This document shows, one piece after another, positions 1-9,495 of a stretch of DNA of 16,616 bases. A program made the translations under genes and the position numbers. How positions within the stretch are numbered: position 1 is the first letter of the stretch; each line of letters begins with the position of its first letter. Where the stretch lies: the UHGV virus genome UHGV-0224311; one strand, written 5' to 3'. The DNA comes from a virus. A model generated the notes under the pieces. The model ran no database searches, was not told where the DNA came from, and worked only from the letters and a program-made list of their open reading frames with translations.

Positions 1-286
1 TCTCGCGGCAAAGGAACAAGGCATCGGGGCAATCCTTGCGTTTGCAATGGCGTACCTTCGCGGCAGATATAATGGCGGTGCGTTTACAAAAACAGTAATC
101 GACGCAACGATGTGCGCCATTATCGCCTGGTTCATTCGTGACCTTCTCGACTTCGCCGGACTAAGTAGCAATCTCGCTTATATAACGAGCGTGTTCATCG
201 GCTACATCGGTACTGACTCGATTGGTTCGCTTATCAAACGCTTCGCTGCTAAAAAAGCCGGAGTAGAAGATGGTGGAAATCAATAA
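1..286 (+). CDS. S: Lambda-type class I holin S, 5'-truncated by the window edge
   Basis: Reading frame is open from position 2 and translates [48 protein letters not shown]..., which I recognise as near-identical to the C-terminal part of lambda S. The listed ORF 47..286 starts at an internal Met; the true start lies upstream of the window. The stop overlaps the start of R. Confidence 0.9.
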   Translation, partial: LAAKEQGIGAILAFAMAYLRGRYNGGAFTKTVIDATMCAIIAWFIRDLLDFAGLSSNLAYITSVFIGYIGTDSIGSLIKRFAAKKAGVEDGGNQ

Positions 287-746
287 TCAACGTAAGGCGT
301 TCCTCGATATGCTGGCGTGGTCAGAGGGAACTGATAACGGACGACAGAAAACCAGAAATCATGGTTATGACGTCATTGTTGGCGGAGAGCTATTCACTGA
401 TTACTCCGATCACCCTCGCAAGCTTGTCACGCTAAACCCCAAACTCAAATCAACAGCCGCCGGGCGTTACCAGCTTCTTTCCCGTTGGTGGGATGCCTAT
501 CGTAAGCAGCTTGGCCTGAAAGACTTCTCTCCGAAAAGCCAGGACGCTGTGGCACTGCAACAGATTAAAGAACGTGGCGCTTTACCGATGATTGATCGCG
601 GTGATATTCGTCAGGCAATTGACCGTTGCAGCAATATCTGGGCTTCACTTCCGGGCGCTGGTTATGGTCAGTTCGAGCATAAGGCTGACAGCCTGATTGC
701 AAAATTCAAAGAGGCAGGCGGAACGGTCAGAGAGATTGAGGTATGA
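270..746 (+). CDS. R: Endolysin, lambda R-type lytic transglycosylase
   Basis: The 158-aa product ([35 protein letters not shown]...) is recognised as essentially lambda R. It overlaps S at its start and Rz at its end (ATGA at 743-746). Confidence 0.93.
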   Translation: MVEINNQRKAFLDMLAWSEGTDNGRQKTRNHGYDVIVGGELFTDYSDHPRKLVTLNPKLKSTAAGRYQLLSRWWDAYRKQLGLKDFSPKSQDAVALQQIKERGALPMIDRGDIRQAIDRCSNIWASLPGAGYGQFEHKADSLIAKFKEAGGTVREIEV

Positions 747-1180
747 GCAAAGTAACCGCGATTATCTCCGCTCTGGTTATCTGCATCATCGTTTGCCTGT
801 CATGGGCTGTTAATCATTACCGTGATAACGCCATCGCCTACAAAGAACAGCGCGATAAAGCCACATCCACAATCGCTGACATGCAGAAGCGTCAACGTGA
901 TGTAGCAGAACTCGACGCAAGATATACAAAGGAACTTGCTGATGCTAACGCGACTATCGAAAGTCTCCGTGCTGATGTTTCTGCTGGGCGTAAGCGCCTG
1001 CAAGTCGCCGCCACCTGTGCAAAGTCAACGACCGGAGCCAGCAGCATGGGCGATGGAGAAAGCCCAAGACTTACAGCAGATGCTGAACTCAATTATTACC
1101 GTCTCAGAAGTGGAATCGACAGGATAACCGCGCAGGTTAACTACCTGCAGGAATACATCAGGACGCAATGCCTTCGATGA
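743..1180 (+). CDS. Rz: Spanin inner-membrane subunit (i-spanin) Rz
   Basis: The 145-aa product has a lambda-Rz-like N-terminal transmembrane segment ([30 protein letters not shown]), then a diverged coiled-coil periplasmic region ending in QC-R. Its start is coupled to the R stop, and Rz1 is embedded in the +1 frame. Confidence 0.88.
   Translation: MSKVTAIISALVICIIVCLSWAVNHYRDNAIAYKEQRDKATSTIADMQKRQRDVAELDARYTKELADANATIESLRADVSAGRKRLQVAATCAKSTTGASSMGDGESPRLTADAELNYYRLRSGIDRITAQVNYLQEYIRTQCLR
942..1127 (+). CDS. Rz1: Spanin outer-membrane lipoprotein subunit (o-spanin) Rz1, wholly embedded in Rz in another frame
   Basis: An ATG at 942 is preceded by AAGGA (928-932). The product [36 protein letters not shown]... 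has a lipoprotein signal peptide with lipobox V-S-A-C and a proline-rich mature part, as in lambda Rz1. The listed ORF start at 936 is a TTG; the ATG at 942 is preferred. Confidence 0.75.
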   Translation: MLTRLSKVSVLMFLLGVSACKSPPPVQSQRPEPAAWAMEKAQDLQQMLNSIITVSEVESTG

Positions 1181-1353
1181 TAGCGATAATTTTACTCATC
1201 ATCCTTCATATCTGGCTCTGTAGACAGAGTGGTGATCACTTCTGGAGTAAATCCAGATTAAACATCTCATTGCTGATGCTTGATATTGAGCATCTGGCGC
1301 GCGGTAAGGGGCTGCGTTGAGATAAGAGCCATTCATCACAAACACCAGGATTT

Positions 1354-1379
1354 AGCCCCGCATTCGCGGGGCTTTTTTA
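1354..1379 (+). terminator. Rho-independent terminator downstream of the lysis cassette
   Basis: Perfect 8-bp GC-rich stem agccccgc / gcggggct with a 4-nt loop (attc), followed directly by tttttt. Confidence 0.6.
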
Positions 1380-1523
1380 CATCTGCAGTAAACCGCGCAT
1401 CGCAGCGCGTAACAATCCCGAGTCTTTCAGAAAGCTGAGCCTGAGAACTGCCGTATATGGTGGCGACCATCTCGGGGCGGCTTTTCTGTGCGAACAGGCT
1501 CATCTTTCTAAAAGGTAAACGCT

Positions 1524-2009
1524 ATGAATAACTTTGTTGAAATTACCTCAAGAATTGGTCGCATGTACCAAGATTTTCTTATAAGTGGAAAGGGGTCTGG
1601 CGACATCATAGAGGAAATTGACAAGCTAAGTGCAGAGCTGAGAAGGAATGGGTGTGTTAATTCTATCTTTTTTGAAACGTTGCTAAAGCAAGGCTTCATG
1701 TTTGACATGATTAATTACAACAAAGTCGCACCCAGTGCTTCGCAAAAATCATATGTGTACGTTCTGCATGCTGAAGATAGTGGGCTAACAAAAATAGGGT
1801 TTAGTCGCAGGGTTAATAAACGGATTTCAGAGATATCTCGCATGAGTGGTGGGAAGCTAAATCTAATTGCAAAGATTCCGGCCGATAGAGAGCTTGAAAC
1901 CAAATTGCACCAAAAATATTACAACTATAGGTCGCACGGGGAGTGGTTTAGTCTCAATCGTTGTCATTTGAAAGAGCTAAAAGAAATGCCTGGTAACGAA
2001 CTGAAATAA
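1524..2009 (+). CDS. Accessory (moron) protein of 161 aa: N-terminal region of unknown function plus C-terminal T5orf172 / GIY-YIG-like predicted nuclease domain
   Basis: ATG at 1524 with AAAGG 8 nt upstream. The C-terminal half carries YVYVLHAEDSGLTKIGFSRRVNKRISEISR ... KLHQKYYNYRSHGEWFSL, which fits the T5orf172 (GIY-YIG-like) pattern as I recall it (YVYVL...KIG...R...E...H...GEWF). The gene is visibly AT-rich with frequent AGA/AGG/ATA codons, unlike its neighbours. Confidence 0.7.
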   Translation: MNNFVEITSRIGRMYQDFLISGKGSGDIIEEIDKLSAELRRNGCVNSIFFETLLKQGFMFDMINYNKVAPSASQKSYVYVLHAEDSGLTKIGFSRRVNKRISEISRMSGGKLNLIAKIPADRELETKLHQKYYNYRSHGEWFSLNRCHLKELKEMPGNELK

Positions 2010-2256
2010 TCCCCGGACTCACTAATTAACGGCAGTACAGCGAAACAACCCAAGCCAGTAAGTGGGGAAATAACACTGGCAGCCACTGAAAGATGAACCT
2101 CCAGCCTTATGGCAAAAAAGATTCTTTGTGGTGGCGGACTGATGGAAAGACATCGGTTATTGCAGAGGCCATTCAATGAGTGGTCTCGACAATGGCTTAT
2201 ACCCTACACGGGATAACTTAACTGATATCCCTTTTAACGGATAAACGGAGCCAACA

Positions 2257-2499
2257 ATGGCAGAGATTATTCCCATGACTGAAGAACAGAAATTCCAGTT
2301 AGAGATTTACAAGCTGGTCATGAACCAGAACGCAGCCGCAGAGGAAGCGTTTCAATTCATTGGCACTGACGAGCTGAAGCTTGAGCTATTCAAAATTCAC
2401 TTCCAGTCAGGTGGCGCTAATTCAGATATCACGATCCGCACATTCGAAGCGGTGCGTAAATCGAAGGAAGCGTTAGACCTGTTCACTACCGGAGCATGA
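2257..2499 (+). CDS. Small acidic hypothetical protein of 80 aa immediately upstream of terS, resembling the P22 orf80 position
   Basis: ATG at 2257 preceded by GGAG. Codon usage matches the phage backbone. The size and the position just upstream of the small terminase gene match the conserved small ORF of P22-like late operons. Confidence 0.7.
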   Translation: MAEIIPMTEEQKFQLEIYKLVMNQNAAAEEAFQFIGTDELKLELFKIHFQSGGANSDITIRTFEAVRKSKEALDLFTTGA

Positions 2500-2534
2500 T
2501 GCTCAACCTGAAATAACAACTAAGTGAGATGAAT

Positions 2535-3023
2535 ATGGCAGCACCAAAGGGCAACCGATTTTGGGAGGCCCGCAGTAGTCATGGGCGAAATCCTAAATTC
2601 GAATCGCCTGAGGAGCTGTGGGCTGCTTGTTGTGAATACTTCGAGTGGGTTGAAGCTAACCCGCTATGGGAGATGAAGGCGTTCTCGTATCAGGGTGAAG
2701 TGATACAAGAGCCTATCGCCAAGATGCGAGCGATGACCATTACCGGCCTCACTCTGTTCATTGATGTGACGCTTGAAACATGGCGCACGTATCGCCTGCG
2801 AGAAGATTTATCTGAAGTCGTTACGCGAGCAGAGCAGGTCATCTACGACCAGAAATTCTCTGGCGCAGCCGCTGACCTTCTCAACGCTAACATCATCGCC
2901 CGTGATTTGGGCCTCAAAGAGCAGTCGCAAGTTGAAGACGTGACACCTGATAAGGGAGATCGCGATAAGCGGCGCTCTCGTATCAAGGAGCTATTCAACC
3001 GTGGAACTGGACGCGATTCTTGA
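2535..3023 (+). CDS. 3: Terminase small subunit, P22 gp3-type
   Basis: Product [47 protein letters not shown]... is recognised as P22 gp3-like at 162 aa. The ATG at 2535 is preferred over the listed 2529 because it reproduces the gp3 N-terminus. The 3' end overlaps terL by 23 nt. Confidence 0.9.
   Translation: MAAPKGNRFWEARSSHGRNPKFESPEELWAACCEYFEWVEANPLWEMKAFSYQGEVIQEPIAKMRAMTITGLTLFIDVTLETWRTYRLREDLSEVVTRAEQVIYDQKFSGAAADLLNANIIARDLGLKEQSQVEDVTPDKGDRDKRRSRIKELFNRGTGRDS
2803..2824 (+). other. pac: Candidate P22-type pac site (headful packaging initiation site) inside terS
   Basis: The sequence aagatttatctgaagtcgttac lies within terS, encoding ...[11 protein letters not shown].... From memory it matches the asymmetric ~22-bp P22 pac site that lies inside gene 3. 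Not verified by alignment. Confidence 0.5.
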
Positions 3024-4503
3024 TAACCTGAGCGACGAAGAGCAAATCGAATTGCTCGAGCTACTCGAAGAAGAAGAAAACTACCGGAACACACACCTGC
3101 TATATGAATTTACGCCATACAGCAAACAGCGTGAGTTCATCGACGCCGGGCATGACTATCCAGAGCGCTGTTTTATGGCTGGTAACCAGCTTGGTAAGTC
3201 ATTTACTGGTGCTGCTGAAGTCGCGTTTCACCTTACCGGGCGTTACCCGGGAACAAAAGGCTATCCGGCTGATGGTAAATATGGTGGGGAGTGGAAAGGT
3301 AAGCGTTTCTATGAGCCTGTTGTCTTCTGGATTGGCGGCGAGACAAACGAGACTGTAACCAAAACGACTCAACGCATCCTGTGCGGTCGTATCGAAGAGA
3401 ATGACGAGCCGGGCTACGGTTCCATACCGAAAGAGGACATCATTAGCTGGAAGAAGTCTCCTTTCTTTCCGAACCTTGTTGATCACCTTCTGGTTAAGCA
3501 TCACACGGCTGATGGCGTTGAAGATGGCATTTCAATCTGCTACTTCAAGCCATACTCGCAAGGCCGTGCTCGCTGGCAGGGTGACACAATCCACGGCGTG
3601 TGGTTTGACGAAGAGCCACCATACAGCATTTATGGCGAAGGTCTTACCCGTACCAACAAATACGGGCAATTCTCAATTCTGACGTTTACCCCGCTGATGG
3701 GGATGTCTGACGTTGTTACCAAGTTCCTGAAGAACCCCAGCAAGTCGCAGAAAGTGGTCAACATGACCATCTATGACGCTGAGCACTATACCGACGAGCA
3801 GAAAGAGCAAATCATCGCATCCTATCCAGAGCATGAGAGAGAGGCGCGTGCTCGCGGTATTCCTACGATGGGTAGCGGTCGAATCTTCCAGATACCGGAA
3901 GAGACGATTAAGTGTCAGCCGTTCGAGTGTCCGGATCACTTCTACGTAATTGGCGGGATGGATTTCGGATGGGATCACCCTCAGGCGCAGGTTCAGCTTT
4001 GGTGGGATAAGGACGCAGACACAATCTACGTTTCACGCGTGTGGAAGGCGAAAGAAAAAACAGCCGTTCAGGCGTGGGGAGCCGTTAAATCATGGGCGCA
4101 TAAAGTGCCAACAGCATGGCCTCATGACGGAAACCAGCATGAGAAGGGCGGCGGTGAGCAGCTCAAAGGGCAGTATGCAGACGCTGGTTTTATGATGTTG
4201 CAGGAGCATGCGACATGGCCTGATGGCGGTAATGCTGTTGAGCCTGGAATCACTGAATTGCGCGACATGATGCTTGATGGTCGCTTCAAAGTATTCAACA
4301 CCTGTGAGCCATTCTTTGAGGAGTTCCGCCTCTATCACCGTGATGAAAACGGGAAAATCGTCAAGCTTAACGACGACGTGCTATCCGCCGTTCGCTATGC
4401 ATACATGATGCGCCGCTTCGCCAAAATGATGCGCGACATCAAAAAACCAAAAGAGAAAAAGATACCAGCCCCAATCAGGCCCATCGCACGGTCAACAAGA
4501 TAG
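3001..4503 (+). CDS. 2: Terminase large subunit, P22 gp2-type
   Basis: The 500-aa product starts [37 protein letters not shown], recognised as P22 gp2. It carries an ATPase Walker A-like GNQLGKS and C-terminal nuclease-fold acidic motifs. Confidence 0.95.
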   Translation: MELDAILDNLSDEEQIELLELLEEEENYRNTHLLYEFTPYSKQREFIDAGHDYPERCFMAGNQLGKSFTGAAEVAFHLTGRYPGTKGYPADGKYGGEWKGKRFYEPVVFWIGGETNETVTKTTQRILCGRIEENDEPGYGSIPKEDIISWKKSPFFPNLVDHLLVKHHTADGVEDGISICYFKPYSQGRARWQGDTIHGVWFDEEPPYSIYGEGLTRTNKYGQFSILTFTPLMGMSDVVTKFLKNPSKSQKVVNMTIYDAEHYTDEQKEQIIASYPEHEREARARGIPTMGSGRIFQIPEETIKCQPFECPDHFYVIGGMDFGWDHPQAQVQLWWDKDADTIYVSRVWKAKEKTAVQAWGAVKSWAHKVPTAWPHDGNQHEKGGGEQLKGQYADAGFMMLQEHATWPDGGNAVEPGITELRDMMLDGRFKVFNTCEPFFEEFRLYHRDENGKIVKLNDDVLSAVRYAYMMRRFAKMMRDIKKPKEKKIPAPIRPIARSTR

Positions 4504-4512
4504 ATACTGTTG

Positions 4513-5013
4513 TTACGGCTTGAGAAATTCAGAGGCAGCGGAATTCAGAGCGTTAATAAATGCTACCTTATGCTTGTATGCATCTAATGCTGTAGCGAAT
4601 CCGCTTTTTGTGTATTTCTTGCCTTCTACCACAAATTGCCACATGTAGTTATTTGTGTCCTTGCGATAGGAAACTCCTTTGTATCCAGTTGAATTGTCGC
4701 AATCCATGCCACGGTTTAGTCCGTTCAACTGCTTATTGGCATCTCTAAGATTACAGATGCGGTTATCAGCACGGTTTCCGTTTATGTGATCTACTGCTTC
4801 GGGCCAGTAACCATAGTAGTGCGCAAAACAAATTCTGTGCACGTAGTACAGTTTTTTACCAAGCCTTACATCAAGGTATCCGTTTCCATGCTGGCACCCA
4901 ACGGGCTTGCCGTTAAGGTCTGTCCTCCTTGTGCGATTAGCCGCGTACAAAATTCCGGTTTCAGCATCGTATGTGAAATTTTTCCTTATATCTTCTATAG
5001 ATGGATGGCTCAC
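4513..5013 (-). CDS. Free-standing HNH homing endonuclease with C-terminal AP2-type DNA-binding domain
   Basis: Minus-strand ORF of 166 aa with a GTG start at 5013 preceded by AGGAG. It carries an HNH motif (HRICFAHYYGYWPEAVDHINGNRADNRICNLR) and an AP2-like segment (GYKGVSYRKDTNNYMWQFVVEGKKYTKSGFATALDAYKHKV). The gene is AT-rich and antisense to the operon, placed between terL and portal. Confidence 0.85.
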   Translation of the reverse strand: MSHPSIEDIRKNFTYDAETGILYAANRTRRTDLNGKPVGCQHGNGYLDVRLGKKLYYVHRICFAHYYGYWPEAVDHINGNRADNRICNLRDANKQLNGLNRGMDCDNSTGYKGVSYRKDTNNYMWQFVVEGKKYTKSGFATALDAYKHKVAFINALNSAASEFLKP

Positions 5014-5063
5014 AATAGAATCTCCTGTTGAAGTTGTCCCATTGATTTTATCACGGTAAAGTT

Positions 5064-7232
5064 ATGACTGACAACGCAGAGCGATTAAATAAGATACTGC
5101 AAGCATTCGATGTTGATTGGATGTCTTCCGACGAGGCGAGAACAGAAGCTTCTAACGATTTATACTTCAGTCGCATAAGCCAATGGGATGACTGGCTATC
5201 AAACTACACCACCCTGCAATATCGCGGACAATTCGATGTTGTTCGCCCGGTGGTCAGGAAACTGGTCGCAGAGATGCGCCGGAACCCTATCGACGTACTC
5301 TTCCGACCCAAAGACGGCGCTAATCCTGATGCTGCCGATGTGTTGATGGGAATGTATCGTACTGATATGCGCCATAACACGGCAAAGATTGCCGTTAACG
5401 TTGGCGTTCGTGAGCAGATAGAGTCCGGCGTTGGTGCATGGCGTCTGGTCACCCAGTACGAAGACAACGACCCAACAAGCAACAATCAGGTAATCCGACG
5501 CCTGCCAATCCATGAAGCCTGCTCACACGTCATATGGGACGCCAACAGCAAGCAGATGGATAAGAGCGACGCTAAGCACTGCACGGTGATTAACGCTTTG
5601 TCACGCAATGGCTGGAAAGAGTTCGCAGAGGATTACGGTATTGATCCGGACACCTTGCCATCTTTCCAGAATCCGAACGATACATGGCTGTTTCCGTGGG
5701 TATCGAATGATGTCGTCTACGTTGCTGAGTATTACGAGGTAGAAGAGAAGAAGGAGAAGGTCTTCATCTACCGCGACCCGCTGACAGGTGAGCCGGTCAG
5801 CTATTACCAGCAGGATATCAAAGACGTCATCGACGACCTGGCTAATCGTGGATTCATTAAGGTAGCAGAGCGTAAGGTCAAGCGTCGGCGTGTGTATAAG
5901 TCGATCGTCACCTGCACGCAGATACTGAAAGACCGCGAGAAGATAGCCGGAGAGCATATCCCAATCGTTCCTGTGTACGGCGAATGGTCATTCGCTGGTG
6001 ACAAGGAGTGCTACGAGGGCGTGGTAAGGCTGACGAAAGACGGTCAACGCCTTCGTAACATGATCATGTCATTCAACGCCGATATTGTTGCTCGTTCACC
6101 GAAGAAGAAACCGACCTTCTTCCCTGAGCAAATCGAAGGCTACGAATACATGTACGGTGGAAATGATGACTATCCGTACTATCTCCAGAACAGGACTGAT
6201 GAAAACGGTAACGACCTGCCGATTGGTCCAATCTCCTACATGGAAAACCCTGAAGTGCCGCAAGCCAACGCTTACATGCTTGAGGCTGCCACCAACGCAG
6301 TGAAAGAGGTGGCCAGTCTTGGCGTTGATGCGCAGGCGGCAAATGGTCAGGTCGCTTTCGATACCGTCAATCAACTGAACATGCGGGCAGACCTTGAGAC
6401 ATACGTGTTTCAGGATAACCTGGCTACCGCAATGCGACGTGATGGCGAGATTTATGCCTCAATGGTCAACGATATTTATGACGTTCCTCGTCATGTAACG
6501 CTGACACTTGAAGATGGAAGCGAGAAAGACGTTCAACTCTACGCGCAAGTTGTAGATTACCAGTCCGGTAATGTGGTCACACTCAACGACATTCGCGGTC
6601 GCTATGAGTGCTATACAGACGTTGGGCCATCCTTCCAGAGCATGAAGGAACAGAACCGCGCAGAGATTCAGGAATTGCTCACTAAGGTTCCGCAAGGTAC
6701 TCCAGAGTTCCAGATGCTGATGCTGCAATACTTCACGCTGCTTGACGGTAAAGGCGTCGAGATGATGCGAGAGTACGCTAACAAGCAACTGGTGATGATG
6801 GGGCTGAAGAAACCAGAAACACCTGAAGAGATGGAGATGGTACAGCAGGCTCAACAGCAGCCGCAGCAGCCATCAGCAGAGCAAATTCAGGCGCAGGGTA
6901 TCCTTCTGCAAGGTCAGGCTGAATTGCTCAAGGCAGAGAACCAACAGGCGCAGATTCAGGTTGAAGCCGCCAAGGTTGAAGCCCAAAACCAACTCAACGC
7001 CGCGAAGATTGCAGAAATCTTCAACAATATGGACCTCGACAAGCAGGCAGAACTGCGTGAGTACCTCAAGCTCGTAGGTCAATTACAGCAACAGCGCAGC
7101 AAAGATGCTCGTGCTAACGCTGAGCTGCTTCTTAAAGATGCAGACCAGACTCATTCACAACGCATTGATTTCGCGAATCTTATGCGTCAAGTTCAAATCC
7201 CCTCCGGCGGAGTAGCCGAGACACCTCAATAA
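5064..7232 (+). CDS. 1: Portal protein, P22 gp1-type
   Basis: The 722-aa product has conserved blocks recognised from the P22 portal ([28 protein letters not shown]; [23 protein letters not shown]; [15 protein letters not shown]). The C-terminus is a Gln-rich predicted coiled coil. Confidence 0.95.
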   Translation: MTDNAERLNKILQAFDVDWMSSDEARTEASNDLYFSRISQWDDWLSNYTTLQYRGQFDVVRPVVRKLVAEMRRNPIDVLFRPKDGANPDAADVLMGMYRTDMRHNTAKIAVNVGVREQIESGVGAWRLVTQYEDNDPTSNNQVIRRLPIHEACSHVIWDANSKQMDKSDAKHCTVINALSRNGWKEFAEDYGIDPDTLPSFQNPNDTWLFPWVSNDVVYVAEYYEVEEKKEKVFIYRDPLTGEPVSYYQQDIKDVIDDLANRGFIKVAERKVKRRRVYKSIVTCTQILKDREKIAGEHIPIVPVYGEWSFAGDKECYEGVVRLTKDGQRLRNMIMSFNADIVARSPKKKPTFFPEQIEGYEYMYGGNDDYPYYLQNRTDENGNDLPIGPISYMENPEVPQANAYMLEAATNAVKEVASLGVDAQAANGQVAFDTVNQLNMRADLETYVFQDNLATAMRRDGEIYASMVNDIYDVPRHVTLTLEDGSEKDVQLYAQVVDYQSGNVVTLNDIRGRYECYTDVGPSFQSMKEQNRAEIQELLTKVPQGTPEFQMLMLQYFTLLDGKGVEMMREYANKQLVMMGLKKPETPEEMEMVQQAQQQPQQPSAEQIQAQGILLQGQAELLKAENQQAQIQVEAAKVEAQNQLNAAKIAEIFNNMDLDKQAELREYLKLVGQLQQQRSKDARANAELLLKDADQTHSQRIDFANLMRQVQIPSGGVAETPQ

Positions 7233-7245
7233 GAGAGAGTTAATC

Positions 7246-8157
7246 ATGGACCAAACCACCGACATTCAGGCTTCTGAAGAATTAACCCTGCCCGGCAATC
7301 ATGCAGCGGCATCTGCTGATGGCTTAGTTGTCGATAATGCCAACGACAGCGCAGGTCAGGAAGAAGGCTTTGAGATTGTCCTGAAAGACGATGAGAAACC
7401 AAAACAAGACCCGGCAACTAATGCTGAATTTGCCCGTCGCCGCATCGAACGCAAACGCCAGCGTGAGCTTGAGCAGCAGATGGAGGCGGTTAAGCGTGGA
7501 GAGTTGCCGGAGCACCTGCGGGTGAACCCTGAGTTACCGAAACAACCAGACCCTAACGATTATCTTTCCGAAGATGCACTGGCTAAGTACGACTATGACC
7601 AGAGCCGCGCACTGGCTGCCTTCCAGCAGGCAAACAGTGAATGGCAGATCAAGGCTATGGACGCACGAAGCCAGGCTGTCGCCGAGCAGGGGCGCAAAAC
7701 TCAGGAGTTCACCCAGCAATCAGCGCAATACGTCGAGGCAGCCCGTAAGCACTACGACGCAGCGGAAAAGCTCAATATCCCTGACTATCAGGAGAAAGAG
7801 GACGCATTCATGCAACTTGTGCCGCCAGCAGTCGGTGCCGACATCATGCGCCTCTTCCCGGAGAAATCCGCTGCTCTCATGTATCACCTTGGTGCTAATC
7901 CTGAGAAAACACGCCAGTTGCTGGCGATGGACGGGCAATCCGCGCTGATTGAACTCACTCGACTGTCAGAACGTTTAACTCTCAAGCCTCGAGCAAAGCC
8001 TGTTTCAGAAGCCCCGTTACCTGATGAACCCATTCAGGGACATGCTGTTGCTGCAAATATCTCTGCGATTGAAAAGCAGATGGAGGCGGCAGCAAACAAA
8101 GGGGATGTAGAGACGTACCGCAAGCTCAAGGCGCAACTGAATAAAGGAATTCGATAA
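7246..8157 (+). CDS. 8: Scaffolding protein, P22 gp8-type
   Basis: The 303-aa product is recognised as gp8-like ([50 protein letters not shown] ... [18 protein letters not shown]). RBS GAGAG upstream; its stop overlaps the coat start (TAATG). Confidence 0.93.
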   Translation: MDQTTDIQASEELTLPGNHAAASADGLVVDNANDSAGQEEGFEIVLKDDEKPKQDPATNAEFARRRIERKRQRELEQQMEAVKRGELPEHLRVNPELPKQPDPNDYLSEDALAKYDYDQSRALAAFQQANSEWQIKAMDARSQAVAEQGRKTQEFTQQSAQYVEAARKHYDAAEKLNIPDYQEKEDAFMQLVPPAVGADIMRLFPEKSAALMYHLGANPEKTRQLLAMDGQSALIELTRLSERLTLKPRAKPVSEAPLPDEPIQGHAVAANISAIEKQMEAAANKGDVETYRKLKAQLNKGIR

Positions 8158-9452
8158 TGGCATTAAATGAAGGTCAACTGGTCACGTATGCTCTGGATGA
8201 AATCATCGAAACCGTCCAGAACCTGACGCCAATGGCGTCCAAAGTGACAAAATACACCCCTCCGGCAGAATCCATGCAGCGTTCAAGCAACACCGTGTGG
8301 ATGCCTGTTGAGCAGGAAGCGCCAACTCAGACTGGCTGGGATTTAACTGGCAACGCAACCGGGATTCTGGAGCTGTCCGTGAAATGCAACATGGGCGATC
8401 CGGATAACGATTTCTTCGAGCTTCGTGCAGATGACCTGCGTGATGAGCGTTCTTACCGTCGCCGCATCCAGGCATCCGCCAAAAAACTGGCGAATAACAT
8501 TGAGTCAGCAATTGCCAAACAGGCAACTGAAATGGGCTCGCTTGTTGTTCACGATACCCGCGCAATTGGTCCATCTACTGGCCTGTCTGGCTGGGATTTT
8601 GTGTCTGATGCAGAGCGCCTGATGTTCTCCCGTGAGCTAAACCGCGATATGGGCATCAGTTACTTCCTGAACCCTGACGATTACCGCAAAGCAGGCCGCA
8701 ACCTGGTAGATGGTGACATCTTTGGGCGCGTTCCTGAAGAAGCGTATCGCAACGGTACTATTCAGCGTCAGATTGCTGGCTTTGATGAAATTCTTCGCTC
8801 ACCGAAACTTCCTGCAGTTACCAAGTCAACCGCTACTGGTGTAACTGTGACTGGAGCGCAGAAGTTTAAGCCGCAGGCATACACCCTTGATACCGATGGT
8901 AACAAGGAGAACGTCGACAACCGTGTTGCAACGGTGACCGTATCCTCCACCACCGGGTTTAAGCGCGGCGACAAAATCAGCTTCACTGGTGTGAAATTCC
9001 TGTCTCAGATGGCGAAGAACGTGCTGACTGATGATGCAACTTTCTCAATCACCCGTGTGATCGATAGTACTCACATCGAAATCACGCCGAAGCCGATTGC
9101 GCTGGATGACGCGTCACTGACAAAAGAAGAGAAGGCTTACGCTAACGTAAACACCTCTCTTGCTAATACCACTCCGGTAAACGTTCTGAACGTGGCAACA
9201 ACCACCGCTAACGTGTTCTGGGCTGATGACTCAATCCGTCTGCTGTCTCAGCCGATCCCGGTAACCCATGAACTGTTTGCTGGCATGAAAACGTCTTCCT
9301 TCAGCATTCCTGGCATTGGTGTTAACGGCATCTTCGCAACGCAGGGTGATATCAACACTCTGTCTGGTAAGTGCCGTATTGCTGTGTGGTATTCAGCATG
9401 TGCTGTACGACCAGAGGCAATTGGTGTTGGTCTGCCTAACCAGACTGCGTGA
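8157..9452 (+). CDS. 5: Major capsid (coat) protein, P22 gp5-type
   Basis: The 431-aa product is recognised as P22 coat-like ([20 protein letters not shown]...; NPDDYRKAG; [29 protein letters not shown]). Confidence 0.95.
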   Translation: MALNEGQLVTYALDEIIETVQNLTPMASKVTKYTPPAESMQRSSNTVWMPVEQEAPTQTGWDLTGNATGILELSVKCNMGDPDNDFFELRADDLRDERSYRRRIQASAKKLANNIESAIAKQATEMGSLVVHDTRAIGPSTGLSGWDFVSDAERLMFSRELNRDMGISYFLNPDDYRKAGRNLVDGDIFGRVPEEAYRNGTIQRQIAGFDEILRSPKLPAVTKSTATGVTVTGAQKFKPQAYTLDTDGNKENVDNRVATVTVSSTTGFKRGDKISFTGVKFLSQMAKNVLTDDATFSITRVIDSTHIEITPKPIALDDASLTKEEKAYANVNTSLANTTPVNVLNVATTTANVFWADDSIRLLSQPIPVTHELFAGMKTSSFSIPGIGVNGIFATQGDINTLSGKCRIAVWYSACAVRPEAIGVGLPNQTA

Positions 9453-9458
9453 TAACCA

Positions 9459-9482
9459 GAGGGAGCTTCTGCTCCCTTTTCT
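9459..9482 (+). terminator. Probable rho-independent (partial) terminator just after the coat gene
   Basis: Stem gggagc / gctccc with loop ttct, followed by ttttct, beginning 7 nt after the coat stop codon. Confidence 0.5.
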
Positions 9483-9495
9483 ATTGGAGATACCA

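Noticed and set aside
800-1092. Minus-strand ORFs 800..1003 and 892..1092 inside Rz.
   Set aside because: They are antisense to a well-supported spanin gene, lack an RBS, and their products have no recognisable features; they are taken as chance frames.
1394-1409. Short inverted repeat cgcgc-atcgca-gcgcg between the terminator and the T5orf172-like gene.
   Set aside because: The 5-bp stem has no following U-tract; it is too short to call a terminator or operator without comparative support. A weak -10-like tatatg at 1454-1459 nearby is also too degenerate to call a promoter.
1964-2176. Minus-strand 70-aa ORF in the spacer after the T5orf172-like gene, and a 30-codon plus-strand frame starting near 2093.
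   Set aside because: Neither has a convincing RBS, and the minus-strand frame overlaps the 3' end of the plus-strand gene. They are more likely non-coding spacer, though a small regulatory peptide cannot be excluded.
2529-2534. Alternative terS start at the ATG at 2529 (MNMAAPKG...).
   Set aside because: The ATG at 2535 reproduces the gp3-type N-terminus MAAPKGNRF and has better spacing from the purine-rich stretch upstream; 2529 cannot be fully excluded.
3104-4338. Several 80-100-aa ORFs on both strands inside the large terminase gene.
   Set aside because: All are nested in a strongly supported 500-aa coding frame; these are frames typical of ~50% G+C DNA, not genes.
5199-7082. Numerous antisense and out-of-frame ORFs inside the portal gene (for example 5601..5957, 6459..6854).
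   Set aside because: They are nested in the portal reading frame, have no start signals, and have low-complexity products.
9316-9495. Upstream extension of the ORF listed as 9316..10095, which would make a 259-aa protein.
   Set aside because: The extension overlaps the last 137 nt of the coat gene in another frame and runs through the terminator-like hairpin at 9459-9482. The ATG at 9496 has a proper GGAGA RBS, so the extension is treated as a non-coding read-through frame.
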